Part shown: positions 47,449 through 56,676 of the stretch, one piece after another
Layout: each line of letters opens with the position of its first letter
Numbering within the stretch: position 1 is the first letter of the stretch
NCBI GenBank assembly: GCA_964570065.1
Contig: CAZMVZ010000006.1
Span: 1-57,685, forward strand
Direction of reading: 5' to 3'
DNA: 57,685 nt
Origin: an uncultured Candidatus Poseidoniales archaeon
Lineage (GTDB): Archaea > Thermoplasmatota > Poseidoniia > Poseidoniales > Thalassarchaeaceae
Program-made: the position numbers and the translations under genes
Notes under the pieces: generated by a model
Database searches by the model: none
What the model saw: only the letters and a program-made list of their open reading frames with translations
What the model was told of the DNA's origin: nothing

Positions 47449-48975
47449 ATGGCAGAGATAGCTATTGATGGTAAATCTCTGACACTTGAGTCTGCATTAG
47501 CAATAGCAAAAGGCACTGCAATCGCCTTTCTGCCAGACAAAACAAGAGATAAGATGCAACAATCACGTGATGCAGTCGAAAAGGTAGTTGATTCGGATGA
47601 GGTAGTTTATGGAATTAATACTGGATTCGGGGCAATGTCTTCCGTAAGCATCGAAAAAGATGAACTCGAGATTCTACAGGCGAACCTGGTAAGAAGCCAT
47701 GCTTGCGGAATTGGAGAAAGGATGGATCCCGAGATTGTCCTTCTGATGATGATAATCAGGGCAAATTCGCTAGCACGAGGAGTCTCTGGTGCTAGGCCAG
47801 AGGTAGTCGAACTCATTCTATCAATGGCCAACGCAAGAATAGCACCAATCGTTCCTAGAATAGGGTCTTTAGGAGCGTCCGGTGATCTTGCTCCACTTTC
47901 TCATATGACTCTAGGCATGATGGGTGAGGGCGAATGCCAAAGGTTCGTGAGTGGTTCATGGCACCTCACCGATATCGCATCTGCATTCTTGGAAGCAGAT
48001 TTGACCCCAATCAAATTACAGGCCAAGGAAGGCCTTTCTCTGATTAATGGAACTAGCCAGATGTGTGCGTTCCTAACGCTAACAGTACTCAACATGGAAA
48101 CTCTTGCCCTAGCAGCAGATGCATCAATAGCATGCTCATTAGAGGCAATAAGAGGCTCTCACAAACCATTCGATAGGAGAATTCACGACTCTCGGCCCCA
48201 GTTAGGCCAGTCAATTTCAGCAGCACGAATATCGGAACTTGTTTCGGATTCAGAGATTATGCTTTCCCACGTCGACTGCGACCGGGTTCAGGATGCTTAC
48301 TGCTTCAGATGCTCTCCACAGGTACATGGCCCTGTAATTGACCTGTTACGCGAGGTTCGAAGGATTCTTGAAATTGAGATAAACAGTGCTACTGATAATC
48401 CATTGGTATTCGTAGATGATGACGGAAGCGCAGAAATAATCAGTGGCGGTAATTTTCATGGTCAGAACCTATCATTAGCTAGTGATTCAATTGCCATAGC
48501 ATGCCATGAATTAGCAAGTATCTCAGAAAGACGTATCAATCAGTTAATGGATCCAAATTGGAGTGGCCAGAAGGCTTTCCTAGCGAAAAATGAGGGGTTA
48601 GAGAGCGGTCTAATGATAGTACAATATGTTGCGGCTGCAGTAATTGCCGAGCTTCATTTACTGGCCAATCCTGCATCTACAAGCAATGTACCTGTCAGCA
48701 TGGGGAAGGAAGATCATGTTTCAATGGGTGCAACTGGAACATTTAGGGCCCTGAAATCATCTATTCTCCTATCCCAGGTTCTTGCAAATGAGTTAGTTTG
48801 CTCCGCAGAGGCTCTAGATGGGATTGCAGAGGCGCCCGGAGCAGGTGTAGTCAAAGTTTCAGAGTGGGTTAGGAAGCATGTGGGCGGACTTGATGGCGAC
48901 AGATCACTTACCAAGGAATGTGAAAATTTATCCATGGCCATACTTGATGGTGGCCTAACAAGCATCTTCGGGTGA
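47449..48975 (+). CDS. hutH: histidine ammonia-lyase
   Basis: YGINTGFG, MIO motif GASGDLAPL, KEGLSLING, GGNFHG; start probably MAEIAI. Confidence 0.96.
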   Translation: MAEIAIDGKSLTLESALAIAKGTAIAFLPDKTRDKMQQSRDAVEKVVDSDEVVYGINTGFGAMSSVSIEKDELEILQANLVRSHACGIGERMDPEIVLLMMIIRANSLARGVSGARPEVVELILSMANARIAPIVPRIGSLGASGDLAPLSHMTLGMMGEGECQRFVSGSWHLTDIASAFLEADLTPIKLQAKEGLSLINGTSQMCAFLTLTVLNMETLALAADASIACSLEAIRGSHKPFDRRIHDSRPQLGQSISAARISELVSDSEIMLSHVDCDRVQDAYCFRCSPQVHGPVIDLLREVRRILEIEINSATDNPLVFVDDDGSAEIISGGNFHGQNLSLASDSIAIACHELASISERRINQLMDPNWSGQKAFLAKNEGLESGLMIVQYVAAAVIAELHLLANPASTSNVPVSMGKEDHVSMGATGTFRALKSSILLSQVLANELVCSAEALDGIAEAPGAGVVKVSEWVRKHVGGLDGDRSLTKECENLSMAILDGGLTSIFG

Positions 48976-48991
48976 TATTATTCAAGAAAAA

Positions 48992-49702
48992 TTGCACATG
49001 CAAAGGCATCCCGGCACAGATCCGGAGCCGTTTACAACCAGAGTAGTAGAAACAAAAGAAGACTCACTTCTTCTGGAAGAAACCCATTGCTACCCTAGAG
49101 GCGGAGGGCAGCCTGGAGATACAGGCTTGATTAGACTGGGAAATGAAAACTCAACTGTATTGAACGAGGTACTGCCAGGAGAAATGATCCTGCATCCAGT
49201 TGAGGAAATTGAGATGTTCAGAACAGGCCAGGAAGTAACATGCGAGATTGACGTGATGCGGAGGAATGGTCATTCAATGATGCACACGGCACAGCATATT
49301 TTCTCAGCACTAGCCGAAGATTTGTGGGGCTGCGAGACGGTGGGAAATCAAATTGGAGCCGAACAATCTAGAGTCGACCTACTCTTCGATGATAAGGAGG
49401 TTTTCAATCCAGAAGATCTGATTGAGACTGTAAATTCTGTACTTTCATCAAATATTCCAGTGAATGTTCACGAATGGGAGAGGGAGAAGATATTGATGCA
49501 CGACCAAATGAGGCACACCAAGTTCATGCATAGAATTCCTTCTTCAATAACTCATCTCAGAGTCGTGGAAGTTGAAGGGGTCGATCTGTGTCCATGTGCC
49601 GGAACTCACGTTTCAAACACTTCCCAAATTCCCCAAGTAAGGTTCCTGGGTAAGAAGAACAAGGGCAAGGGCCGTCTACGAGTATCTTACGATTTTGAAT
49701 AA
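48992..49702 (+). CDS. alaX: AlaX alanyl-tRNA editing protein
   Basis: YPRGGGQPGDTG, HTAQH and CAGTH Zn ligands. Confidence 0.92.
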   Translation: MHMQRHPGTDPEPFTTRVVETKEDSLLLEETHCYPRGGGQPGDTGLIRLGNENSTVLNEVLPGEMILHPVEEIEMFRTGQEVTCEIDVMRRNGHSMMHTAQHIFSALAEDLWGCETVGNQIGAEQSRVDLLFDDKEVFNPEDLIETVNSVLSSNIPVNVHEWEREKILMHDQMRHTKFMHRIPSSITHLRVVEVEGVDLCPCAGTHVSNTSQIPQVRFLGKKNKGKGRLRVSYDFE

Positions 49703-49726
49703 TACTATTAATAGAATTGAATCTAT

Positions 49727-49802
49727 TGGTGGGCTCGGCAGGAATTGAACCTGCGATCTTCGCCATGTCAAGGCGACGTCATAACCCCTAGACCACGAGC
49801 CC
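49727..49802 (-). tRNA. tRNA-Val(GAC), CCA encoded
   Basis: GGGCTCG..TCGCC-TTGACAT-GGCGA..GGTTCAATTCC..CGAGCCCACCA on the minus strand. Confidence 0.97.
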
Positions 49803-49847
49803 GGCCCTCCTTCGAATTGCCATTCACTCAAGAATCATTCTGAACAG

Positions 49848-50003
49848 CTATGATACAATCTTGGAGATGCGGCCACCACACCCTGGGTTGGAACATCCTC
49901 CTGCAACTCGTGTTCTGCCGTTGCTCATCACGATCTCCTTCGGCCCAATGATAGAAACGTATGTTTTGCATTTCATACAGAACCCACTGTATTCCTGACT
50001 CAT
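49848..50003 (-). CDS. 51-aa zinc-ribbon protein, DUF5679-like (not in ORF track)
   Basis: MSQEYSGFCMKCKTYVSIIGPKEIVMSNGRTRVAGGCSNPGCGGRISKIVS; GGAGAGGG upstream. Confidence 0.8.
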   Translation of the reverse strand: MSQEYSGFCMKCKTYVSIIGPKEIVMSNGRTRVAGGCSNPGCGGRISKIVS

Positions 50004-50125
50004 ACCCTCTCCACTAGACCCATGTCTTCAACATTTCACATTTAGTAGGGGGTTTTATGCAAATTATCCACTTTTTTCAATAAACGCAGTACTGCGAGTC
50101 ATCTTAGCATATTACAGTGTATTCA

Positions 50126-50153
50126 ATTTCTGATAACGTAGGTTATCGGTCCC
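50126..50153. other. candidate dif (Xer recombination) site
   Basis: ATTTCTGATAA-CGTAGG-TTATCGGTCCC, 11-6-11 layout in an AT-rich intergenic gap. Confidence 0.45.
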
Positions 50154-50272
50154 AAAATCAGCGGATTTTTCAAACAATTTGCTATTTGAAATTAGGATGA
50201 TCGCCAATTTCAAAATAGATTATTGAAAAATATACAACACAGAATAAAATTTAAAACTCATCACTAGTAGAA

Positions 50273-51568
50273 TCAATACACATTATTAGAATTTACAATA
50301 TCTCCATTTTTGAAAGTATACCTGATCGGCGATGTCCCGGGTGTTTGGCACCATGAGTCAGCAGATGGTGACCATAGAATGTTCAAGTCGGCAATTACCC
50401 CTTCAGAAATAACCCCCCTAACTTCTCCAGTATCTTGGAACATTGTCGTTGCTGGGTTCCTGGTGACTGCAGCGAGAGCAGTAATCGGGTCTATTCCAAT
50501 TCTGTGAGTTACTAAGCTCCCTATCAAAGGGAGAGATGTAATTGGGCAATTTGGATTGAAATCAGTTGCAAATGAGAATGGCCAATCCTCCTCGATGCAT
50601 TTCATAATTGGAAGATCGAGACTCTTTCCTAAGACATATGGAGTCCCTGGAAGAAATGTCTGGACTGTGCCAGATTCAGCAGCACTAATTCTGGCATCAT
50701 CATTTGAGCAGGCTACATGGTCAGCGCTAACGGATCCTAGCTCTGATGCTAATTGTAGCCCGCCACTATCTACAAACTCATCAACGTGGAGTCTCGATTT
50801 CAGTCCAAAAGACTTCGATGCGGACACAATTTCTTCAGTTTGTTCATTTGTGAACCAACCTTCTTCACAAAACACATCTACCCATTTCGCCAAGGATAAT
50901 TCAGAAATAACCGGCAATTGATCAGTGATGAGGTGTTCTACATACTCATCCCTAGTCATCTCCTTGGGGAAGTCATGCGCTCCTAACCAAGTGGCGCTAA
51001 CGTCACAGGGGGAAGACCTGCCAATTACAGAAATTGCTTCCAGAAGCTTTACTTCAGAGTCCAAATCTAATCCATATCCGCTCTTTGCCTCCATCGAGGT
51101 AGTCCCGTTTTTCAACGCTGAATCCAATCGTCTGAGGCCACTTTCAACAAGTTGCTCTTGCGGAGAGCTTCGAGTACTATTCACGGTCTTCATAATCCCG
51201 CCCCCAATTCGTGAAATTTCTTTGTATGACTTGCCTGAATTTCTCATGGCTAGCTCATTTGACCTATCGCCAGACCATACAAGATGCGTATGACTGTCAA
51301 CGAAACCAGGTACGACGGACATTCCACCGACATCAACTACCTTCGTCCCCCCATACTCAATCTTCGTTGGGTACCACGGTGCGAACTCTGCAACTATCTC
51401 TTGCATTGGACTAATTTCCAGTATCTTTCCGGAATCAATGAGAATTCCCATTCCTGGAGGGAAAATTAGAGACTCGCGATCAACCATCCTTTCTCCAGAT
51501 AGAGGGAATTCGTCATCCCCGGTAGAAAGATGTGCAACTTCGCCACAGTTGTACAACAGGGTCCTCAT
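50273..51568 (-). CDS. hutI: imidazolonepropionase
   Basis: PGFVDSHTH, EAKSGYG, WLGAH, DVFCE, LHVDE, ATDFNP. Confidence 0.95.
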   Translation of the reverse strand: MRTLLYNCGEVAHLSTGDDEFPLSGERMVDRESLIFPPGMGILIDSGKILEISPMQEIVAEFAPWYPTKIEYGGTKVVDVGGMSVVPGFVDSHTHLVWSGDRSNELAMRNSGKSYKEISRIGGGIMKTVNSTRSSPQEQLVESGLRRLDSALKNGTTSMEAKSGYGLDLDSEVKLLEAISVIGRSSPCDVSATWLGAHDFPKEMTRDEYVEHLITDQLPVISELSLAKWVDVFCEEGWFTNEQTEEIVSASKSFGLKSRLHVDEFVDSGGLQLASELGSVSADHVACSNDDARISAAESGTVQTFLPGTPYVLGKSLDLPIMKCIEEDWPFSFATDFNPNCPITSLPLIGSLVTHRIGIDPITALAAVTRNPATTMFQDTGEVRGVISEGVIADLNILWSPSADSWCQTPGTSPIRYTFKNGDIVNSNNVY

Positions 51569-51619
51569 GATGTCTGGAGATTCCGATAGTTGAAAGAACC
51601 CGCGCTCATGGGAGACCTC

Positions 51620-52627
51620 ATGAGAGGCATTATCCTAGGAATCGAAAGTACGGCTCACACCTTTTCATTTGGTAGTGTTAGTACCGACGGTGAGCTTTTT
51701 CCGTCATTTTCATCACTTTTCCGTCCAGAAGAGGGGGGGATACACCCCCGGGAAGCTGCTGATCATCACTCTGAGTCAACATCCGAACTACTCGAAAAGC
51801 TCTCAAGCAATCGGGATTTTTCTTGGGATTCGATAGTTGCAGTAGCATTTAGCCAGGGCCCTGGCCTAGGGCCATGCCTCCGTGTGGGGGCCTCTGTGGC
51901 TAGAACTCTTGCAACTAGGCTTTCAGTACCACTTCTAGGTGTAAATCATTGTGTTGCACACATAGAAGTTGGGAGGAATCAGACAGGCTGCCTCGATCCA
52001 GTTTTACTATATGTTAGCGGAGGTAATACTCAGGTAATAGCAAGAGCAGAGGGGAGATATCGTGTCCTTGGTGAGACATTGGATATCGGAATAGGAAACA
52101 TGTTGGATAAGTTTGCAAGGAATCAGGGTATGCCCTTTCCAGGTGGTCCGAAAATCGAACAACTAGCACTGGAGTATTCGAAGAATGGCCCCCAGTCCCT
52201 CGACGAGGCGTATCTACCATATGGCGTGCATGGCATGGATCTAGCATTCTCTGGAATGCTTACTTCTGCTACTCAAAAGATATCTGAGGGATTATCACTA
52301 GAGCAAGTGTGTTGGTCGCTACAGGAACATTCGTTTGCAACATGTGTCGAAGTTGCAGAAAGGGCCTTGGCACACACAGGAAAAACTGAATTATTACTCG
52401 GTGGAGGTGTTGCGTGTAATGATAGACTCAGAGAAATGAGTAATATTATGTGCGATGAGAGGGGTGCCAATTGCTTCTGGCCAGAGAAGCCATTCTGTAT
52501 TGACAATGGTACAATGATTGCAGAGCTAGGACGGAGAATGCTTGAATGCGGGATAGAAACACAGATCATGGATAGCGCTATCGATCCATCTCTCAGAACC
52601 GACAACACTGCTGTGGTGTGGCAATAA
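51620..52627 (+). CDS. kae1: tRNA N6-threonylcarbamoyltransferase Kae1 (not fused to Bud32)
   Basis: LGIESTAHT, GGIHPREAADHH, GPGLGPCL, VNHCVAHIE, YVSGGNTQ, IDNGTMIA. Confidence 0.96.
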   Translation: MRGIILGIESTAHTFSFGSVSTDGELFPSFSSLFRPEEGGIHPREAADHHSESTSELLEKLSSNRDFSWDSIVAVAFSQGPGLGPCLRVGASVARTLATRLSVPLLGVNHCVAHIEVGRNQTGCLDPVLLYVSGGNTQVIARAEGRYRVLGETLDIGIGNMLDKFARNQGMPFPGGPKIEQLALEYSKNGPQSLDEAYLPYGVHGMDLAFSGMLTSATQKISEGLSLEQVCWSLQEHSFATCVEVAERALAHTGKTELLLGGGVACNDRLREMSNIMCDERGANCFWPEKPFCIDNGTMIAELGRRMLECGIETQIMDSAIDPSLRTDNTAVVWQ

Positions 52628-52642
52628 AAATAACGAACTCTT

Positions 52643-53542
52643 ATGAGAGCCAGTACGGCCGGAAGTTTGAGGATTGATTGGACAGTGCAGAGGAGACGTA
52701 GGAAGAAGGCTGCCCCAAAGAACATTTTCGGGTCTGTTCCCCAAACCACTCAGAAGTCAAAACCAACTAATTCATCCCAAACAAAGACCTCCAGAGTGAG
52801 GTCCCAGATTGCCCCCCCGCCATCAGTTCCCGGAGCCAAGCCAAAGGCAGAGAAGACAATTTCTCCAGAAAATCCCCCCATAGAAGTCATTACTGAAACA
52901 GAAGACAAAGTACCTACCGTTGAGGAGCCATCTGTTGTTGAGGAAACACCAATCGAAGAGCCTCAATCTGTAGAAACTCAGCAAACAAACATTGGAGAAA
53001 AAGAAGATGTGGAAATATTACAGGATCAGATTCTTGGCGATAGCTCAAGGAAAGATATCGGCCTGGAAAAGAAACCAATTCAACCATCCGAAAATACACC
53101 AGATGAGGATATACAGGGCAAGAGTCTGAAGGCTAGACAGATTATTCAGGATAGTATGATCAAAGCTTCCATTGCGGTAGAAGAAGCAAAAACACTGAAG
53201 AAGACCCAAGCAAAGCCAATAACCCCTAAAGAAACTGTAAAGAAGCCACAGAGGAAGTTCAGAAACAAGACCTCATCGTATCAACCAGCAAATAGGGCCC
53301 GGAGACTGGATAGAAGTAGACATATGGAGTATAAGTACGAAATGCGTGGACTACTATTGGAGTTAGGAATTGACGAAGAGCATCGTTCCAACCTCCTTGC
53401 CACTATATGGGCTCGGGGCGAAAGGCAAACAACGAACGAGGCTAAGGAATTCCTAGTGGAGAAACTTAACGAGGGAATAATCGACGACGACCAAATGTCA
53501 TCCCTTGAAAAGATCGTTGATGGATACACCGTCCGTAGGTGA
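52643..53542 (+). CDS. hypothetical protein: long low-complexity region plus C-terminal helical domain
   Basis: Basic N-terminus, P/E/T/K-rich middle, ordered C-terminal ~80 aa; start uncertain. Confidence 0.7.
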   Translation: MRASTAGSLRIDWTVQRRRRKKAAPKNIFGSVPQTTQKSKPTNSSQTKTSRVRSQIAPPPSVPGAKPKAEKTISPENPPIEVITETEDKVPTVEEPSVVEETPIEEPQSVETQQTNIGEKEDVEILQDQILGDSSRKDIGLEKKPIQPSENTPDEDIQGKSLKARQIIQDSMIKASIAVEEAKTLKKTQAKPITPKETVKKPQRKFRNKTSSYQPANRARRLDRSRHMEYKYEMRGLLLELGIDEEHRSNLLATIWARGERQTTNEAKEFLVEKLNEGIIDDDQMSSLEKIVDGYTVRR

Positions 53543-55116
53543 AAACTGAGAATGTTCATGGGTCTCAACCCTCTGGGTATAACGTGGTGGAAACGATAGA
53601 CAGCACCGATGATGCATCTCAAAATTCCCCGGGGATGCCACCATATCGTCGGGGCATTCATCCAGGAATGTATAGGGACAGACTTTGGACAATGAGGCAG
53701 TATGCCGGTTTTTCATCACCTAGTAACACAAACAAGCGTTTCAAAAGGTTACTAGATAGCGGTCAGACAGGAATCTCGATAGCATTTGATCTGCCCACTC
53801 AACTAGGCCTGGATTCGGATGACGACCTTTCCTCGGGAGAGGTTGGAAAGGTGGGCGTCTCAATTGACTCCATCCACGATATGAGGGAGTTGTTTTCTGG
53901 AATTGATATGGGTTCTATCTCCACATCAATGACAATCAATGCACCAGCAACAACTCTCCTTGCGTTATATGTCGCAGTAGCTGAAGAGCAAGGAATATCC
54001 ATAGACCAGTTATCTGGAACAGTCCAGAATGACATTCTGAAGGAGTACATTTCCAGAGGTCTGTACATCTTCCCTCCCGAACCATCCATTCGTTTGACTA
54101 CTGATCTCATGTCTTGGTGTAATAGGAACGCTCCAAAATGGAATACAATTTCAATTAGTGGATATCACATGAGGGAAGCTGGTTGCACAGCATCACAGGA
54201 AATCGCACTCACATTAGCAAATGCTATTTTCTATTCTCGGAAGGCAATAGAGTCCGGAATGGAGATAGACGACTTCGCTCCAAGAATGTCCTTCTTCTTC
54301 GCTTGTCATAATGATTTCATCGAGGAAATTTGTAAGTTCAGGGCTGCAAGACAGTTGTGGTACGAACTTGTAGAGGAAGAGTTTTCACCCACCAATCCAA
54401 AATCGTCACAGTTGAGGTTCCATACTCAGACTTCTGGAGTAACACTGACAGCACAACAGCCAAAGAACAATGCAATTAGAGTGGCTTATCAAGCACTTTC
54501 TGCAGTACTTGGAGGCACTCAGTCACTACACACAAATAGCTTTGATGAGGCCTTGGGTTTGCCAACAGAAGACTCTGCGCGCCTCGCACTACGCACCCAA
54601 CAGATCATCGCCGAGGAATTAGGTATTACCGGGCACGTGGATCCATTGGGGGGTTCTTCGACTGTCGAGGAAAATACCGACAATCTGATCCATCAGGCCC
54701 GTTCCATCATTCATAATATTGGGGGAATGGGTGGGGCCATGGAGTGCGTAAAGGCCGGATTCCAACAGAGAATGATCCATGAAAGCGCGTGGGAACATCT
54801 TCGCAGCGTAGAGGACAAGACCGAGCTTGTAGTCGGCGTCAATTCCCATGTCGACGAGACAGAACCAGTTTTCGAAGGACTCATTCTAGACTCTAGCGAG
54901 GCAAACTCAAAGATATCACGATTAATTGAGATGAAGGCCAATAGGAACATTGAATCCGTAAAAGAATCACTATCAGAATTGAGGCAGTGCTGCCGGAACG
55001 GGTCCAACATAATGCCGCCGATAATTTCCGCTGTCAAAGAAGAGGCAACTGTTGGAGAGGTCAACAGTGTTTTGAGGGAGGAGTTCGGAACATGGGTCGC
55101 CCCAAGTGGTGTTTGA
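53539..55116 (+). CDS. methylmalonyl-CoA mutase, large (substrate-binding) subunit
   Basis: WTMRQYAGF, AFDLPTQ, QNDILKEY, ISGYHMREAG, QSLHTNSFDEAL. Confidence 0.96.
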   Translation: MKTENVHGSQPSGYNVVETIDSTDDASQNSPGMPPYRRGIHPGMYRDRLWTMRQYAGFSSPSNTNKRFKRLLDSGQTGISIAFDLPTQLGLDSDDDLSSGEVGKVGVSIDSIHDMRELFSGIDMGSISTSMTINAPATTLLALYVAVAEEQGISIDQLSGTVQNDILKEYISRGLYIFPPEPSIRLTTDLMSWCNRNAPKWNTISISGYHMREAGCTASQEIALTLANAIFYSRKAIESGMEIDDFAPRMSFFFACHNDFIEEICKFRAARQLWYELVEEEFSPTNPKSSQLRFHTQTSGVTLTAQQPKNNAIRVAYQALSAVLGGTQSLHTNSFDEALGLPTEDSARLALRTQQIIAEELGITGHVDPLGGSSTVEENTDNLIHQARSIIHNIGGMGGAMECVKAGFQQRMIHESAWEHLRSVEDKTELVVGVNSHVDETEPVFEGLILDSSEANSKISRLIEMKANRNIESVKESLSELRQCCRNGSNIMPPIISAVKEEATVGEVNSVLREEFGTWVAPSGV

Positions 55117-55524
55117 ATGGCCAGAGGATCTGTAAATCATATTGGAATAGCCACACCCTCGCTTGATGAATCGGGGGAAATATGGTCCAAATTGGGATTT
55201 TCTCAATCAGTTGACAAGATTAGCGAAGATCAAGGCGTCAAAATAAGATACTTGCAAGGCACAGGTAATACTCGGATAGAACTGCTAGAGCCACTATCCA
55301 AGGAAACTACAGTCGGCCGGTTCATCGAACGAAGAGGCCCAGGTGTTCAGCAGATTGCAATAGATGTTGACGACATCGAATCAATGATTTCCGATTTGAT
55401 TGATATTGGTGTCAGGATGGTATCAGAAGAGCCAGTCATTGGTTCAGACGGTCACCGAATCGCCTTTGTCCACCCTTCATCTGCCGGTGGAGTGCTCATT
55501 GAATTAGTTGAATCTTCCAAGTGA
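55117..55524 (+). CDS. mce: methylmalonyl-CoA epimerase
   Basis: NHIGIA, IELLEP, GPGVQQIA, AFVHPSSAGGVLIELVE. Confidence 0.93.
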   Translation: MARGSVNHIGIATPSLDESGEIWSKLGFSQSVDKISEDQGVKIRYLQGTGNTRIELLEPLSKETTVGRFIERRGPGVQQIAIDVDDIESMISDLIDIGVRMVSEEPVIGSDGHRIAFVHPSSAGGVLIELVESSK

Positions 55525-55558
55525 GAATCATCAAAAGGGTACCCTATCTCGCATTACT

Positions 55559-55858
55559 ATGATTACTTCATTGGAGAAATTTTCTGATTTAGCCCCCTCA
55601 AGTATCGAGGATATCGAAATGGAGAGGGATTTCATTAGAGACGCACTTGAGGTACTTAGAGCAACGGATGAAATATCCAATGACGCATTTCTAGATGCCG
55701 GAACGATCCAGGGGGGCCTTTCCCTGCTCCTAAACTTGCTATCTCAGGGAATCACAGTGGATGAGGCTTCTTTGCAACTTAACAGCCTAAAGGAAAGAGC
55801 TGCAGCACTCAATCAAGCATATCCTGGTCTAGATGAGAAAGTCGAAAGTATGAGATGA
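55559..55858 (+). CDS. hypothetical helical protein
   Basis: Acidic amphipathic ORF filling the gap; start reassigned to MITSLEK. Confidence 0.6.
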   Translation: MITSLEKFSDLAPSSIEDIEMERDFIRDALEVLRATDEISNDAFLDAGTIQGGLSLLLNLLSQGITVDEASLQLNSLKERAAALNQAYPGLDEKVESMR

Positions 55859-55891
55859 TATTACTATACTATTACTAGAGTAATATTATAT
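55859..55891 (+). promoter_or_regulatory. putative operator (TATTACT half-sites) abutting a TATA-like box
   Basis: TATTACTA at 55859 and 55870, inverted AGTAATA at 55879, TTATAT at 55886. Confidence 0.55.
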
Positions 55892-55913
55892 CCGTATCAC
55901 TTATCGCGGTGCC

Positions 55914-56087
55914 ATGCCTAAAATCAGCCTAGACATGCCAAACGAACTTCTCGAGGATCTCAGGGAACACGTGGGGGACGACAAGAAATTCGTCAGCCTA
56001 GCCGACTCGATTAGGACCGCATGTCGCAAACTACTGGACCAGTTGGACGAGATCGATGCGAGGCACGGCAGGATCGGGGAGGACTGA
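55914..56087 (+). CDS. ribbon-helix-helix (CopG/Arc/MetJ) regulator (not in ORF track)
   Basis: MPKISLDMPNELLEDLREHVGDDKKFVSLADSIRTACRKLLDQLDEIDARHGRIGED: alternating beta strand followed by two helices. Confidence 0.85.
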   Translation: MPKISLDMPNELLEDLREHVGDDKKFVSLADSIRTACRKLLDQLDEIDARHGRIGED

Positions 56088-56089
56088 TC

Positions 56090-56671
56090 ATGACTACCAG
56101 GGATGAAGCCGTGTCCGCGATAGAGGCGATAGTGAGGTACATCGAGGGGGGGGATGGCGATCTCAGGGAGGGAGTCTCGCGGACCCCAGAGAGGGTGATT
56201 GATTCGTACGAGGAGATCTTCGGTGGCTACTCCAAGGATGCGATAGAGATCCTGGACTCGACATTCAACGCCGAGGGCTATGACGGAATAGTACTGCTCA
56301 GGGACATCGAGTTCCATAGCACCTGCGAGCACCACCTACAGCCATTCTCCGGGCGGGCTCACATTGCCTATATCCCAGTAGACAGGATCGTGGGGATCAG
56401 CAAGTTGGCGAGGCTCCTTGACATGCACGCCAAGAGGCTGCAGAACCAAGAGAGGATCACGAAGGGAATCACGGACGATCTGATGGCTCACCTGGAGCCG
56501 AAGGGGTGCGCTGCAATCATCGAGGCTCAGCACGGGTGCATGAGGTGCAGGGGAGTCCAGAAGCAGAATTCCGTGATGACTACCAGTTCGATGAGGGGTG
56601 CGTTCTTCGACAAAGCCGAGGCTCGCTCGGAGTTGATGCAGCTAATCCGGAGTTCGCCACTGAAGGGGTAG
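56090..56671 (+). CDS. folE: GTP cyclohydrolase I (type IA)
   Basis: RTPERV, STCEHHLQPF, VGISKLAR, RLQNQERIT, HGCMRCRGV; start reassigned to MTTRDE. Confidence 0.95.
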   Translation: MTTRDEAVSAIEAIVRYIEGGDGDLREGVSRTPERVIDSYEEIFGGYSKDAIEILDSTFNAEGYDGIVLLRDIEFHSTCEHHLQPFSGRAHIAYIPVDRIVGISKLARLLDMHAKRLQNQERITKGITDDLMAHLEPKGCAAIIEAQHGCMRCRGVQKQNSVMTTSSMRGAFFDKAEARSELMQLIRSSPLKG

Positions 56672-56676
56672 GATGA

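Noticed and set aside
49557-49766. 69-aa minus-strand ORF
   Set aside because: It overlaps tRNA-Val and is antisense to alaX
50010-50272. Replication origin (AT-rich region with a TTATCCAC DnaA-box-like word)
   Set aside because: No ORB repeats or adjacent orc1/cdc6, and a single DnaA-like box is not meaningful in an archaeon
49703-50272. Integrated element at tRNA-Val or tRNA-Lys
   Set aside because: No integrase and no duplicated tRNA 3' end (att site) seen in the window
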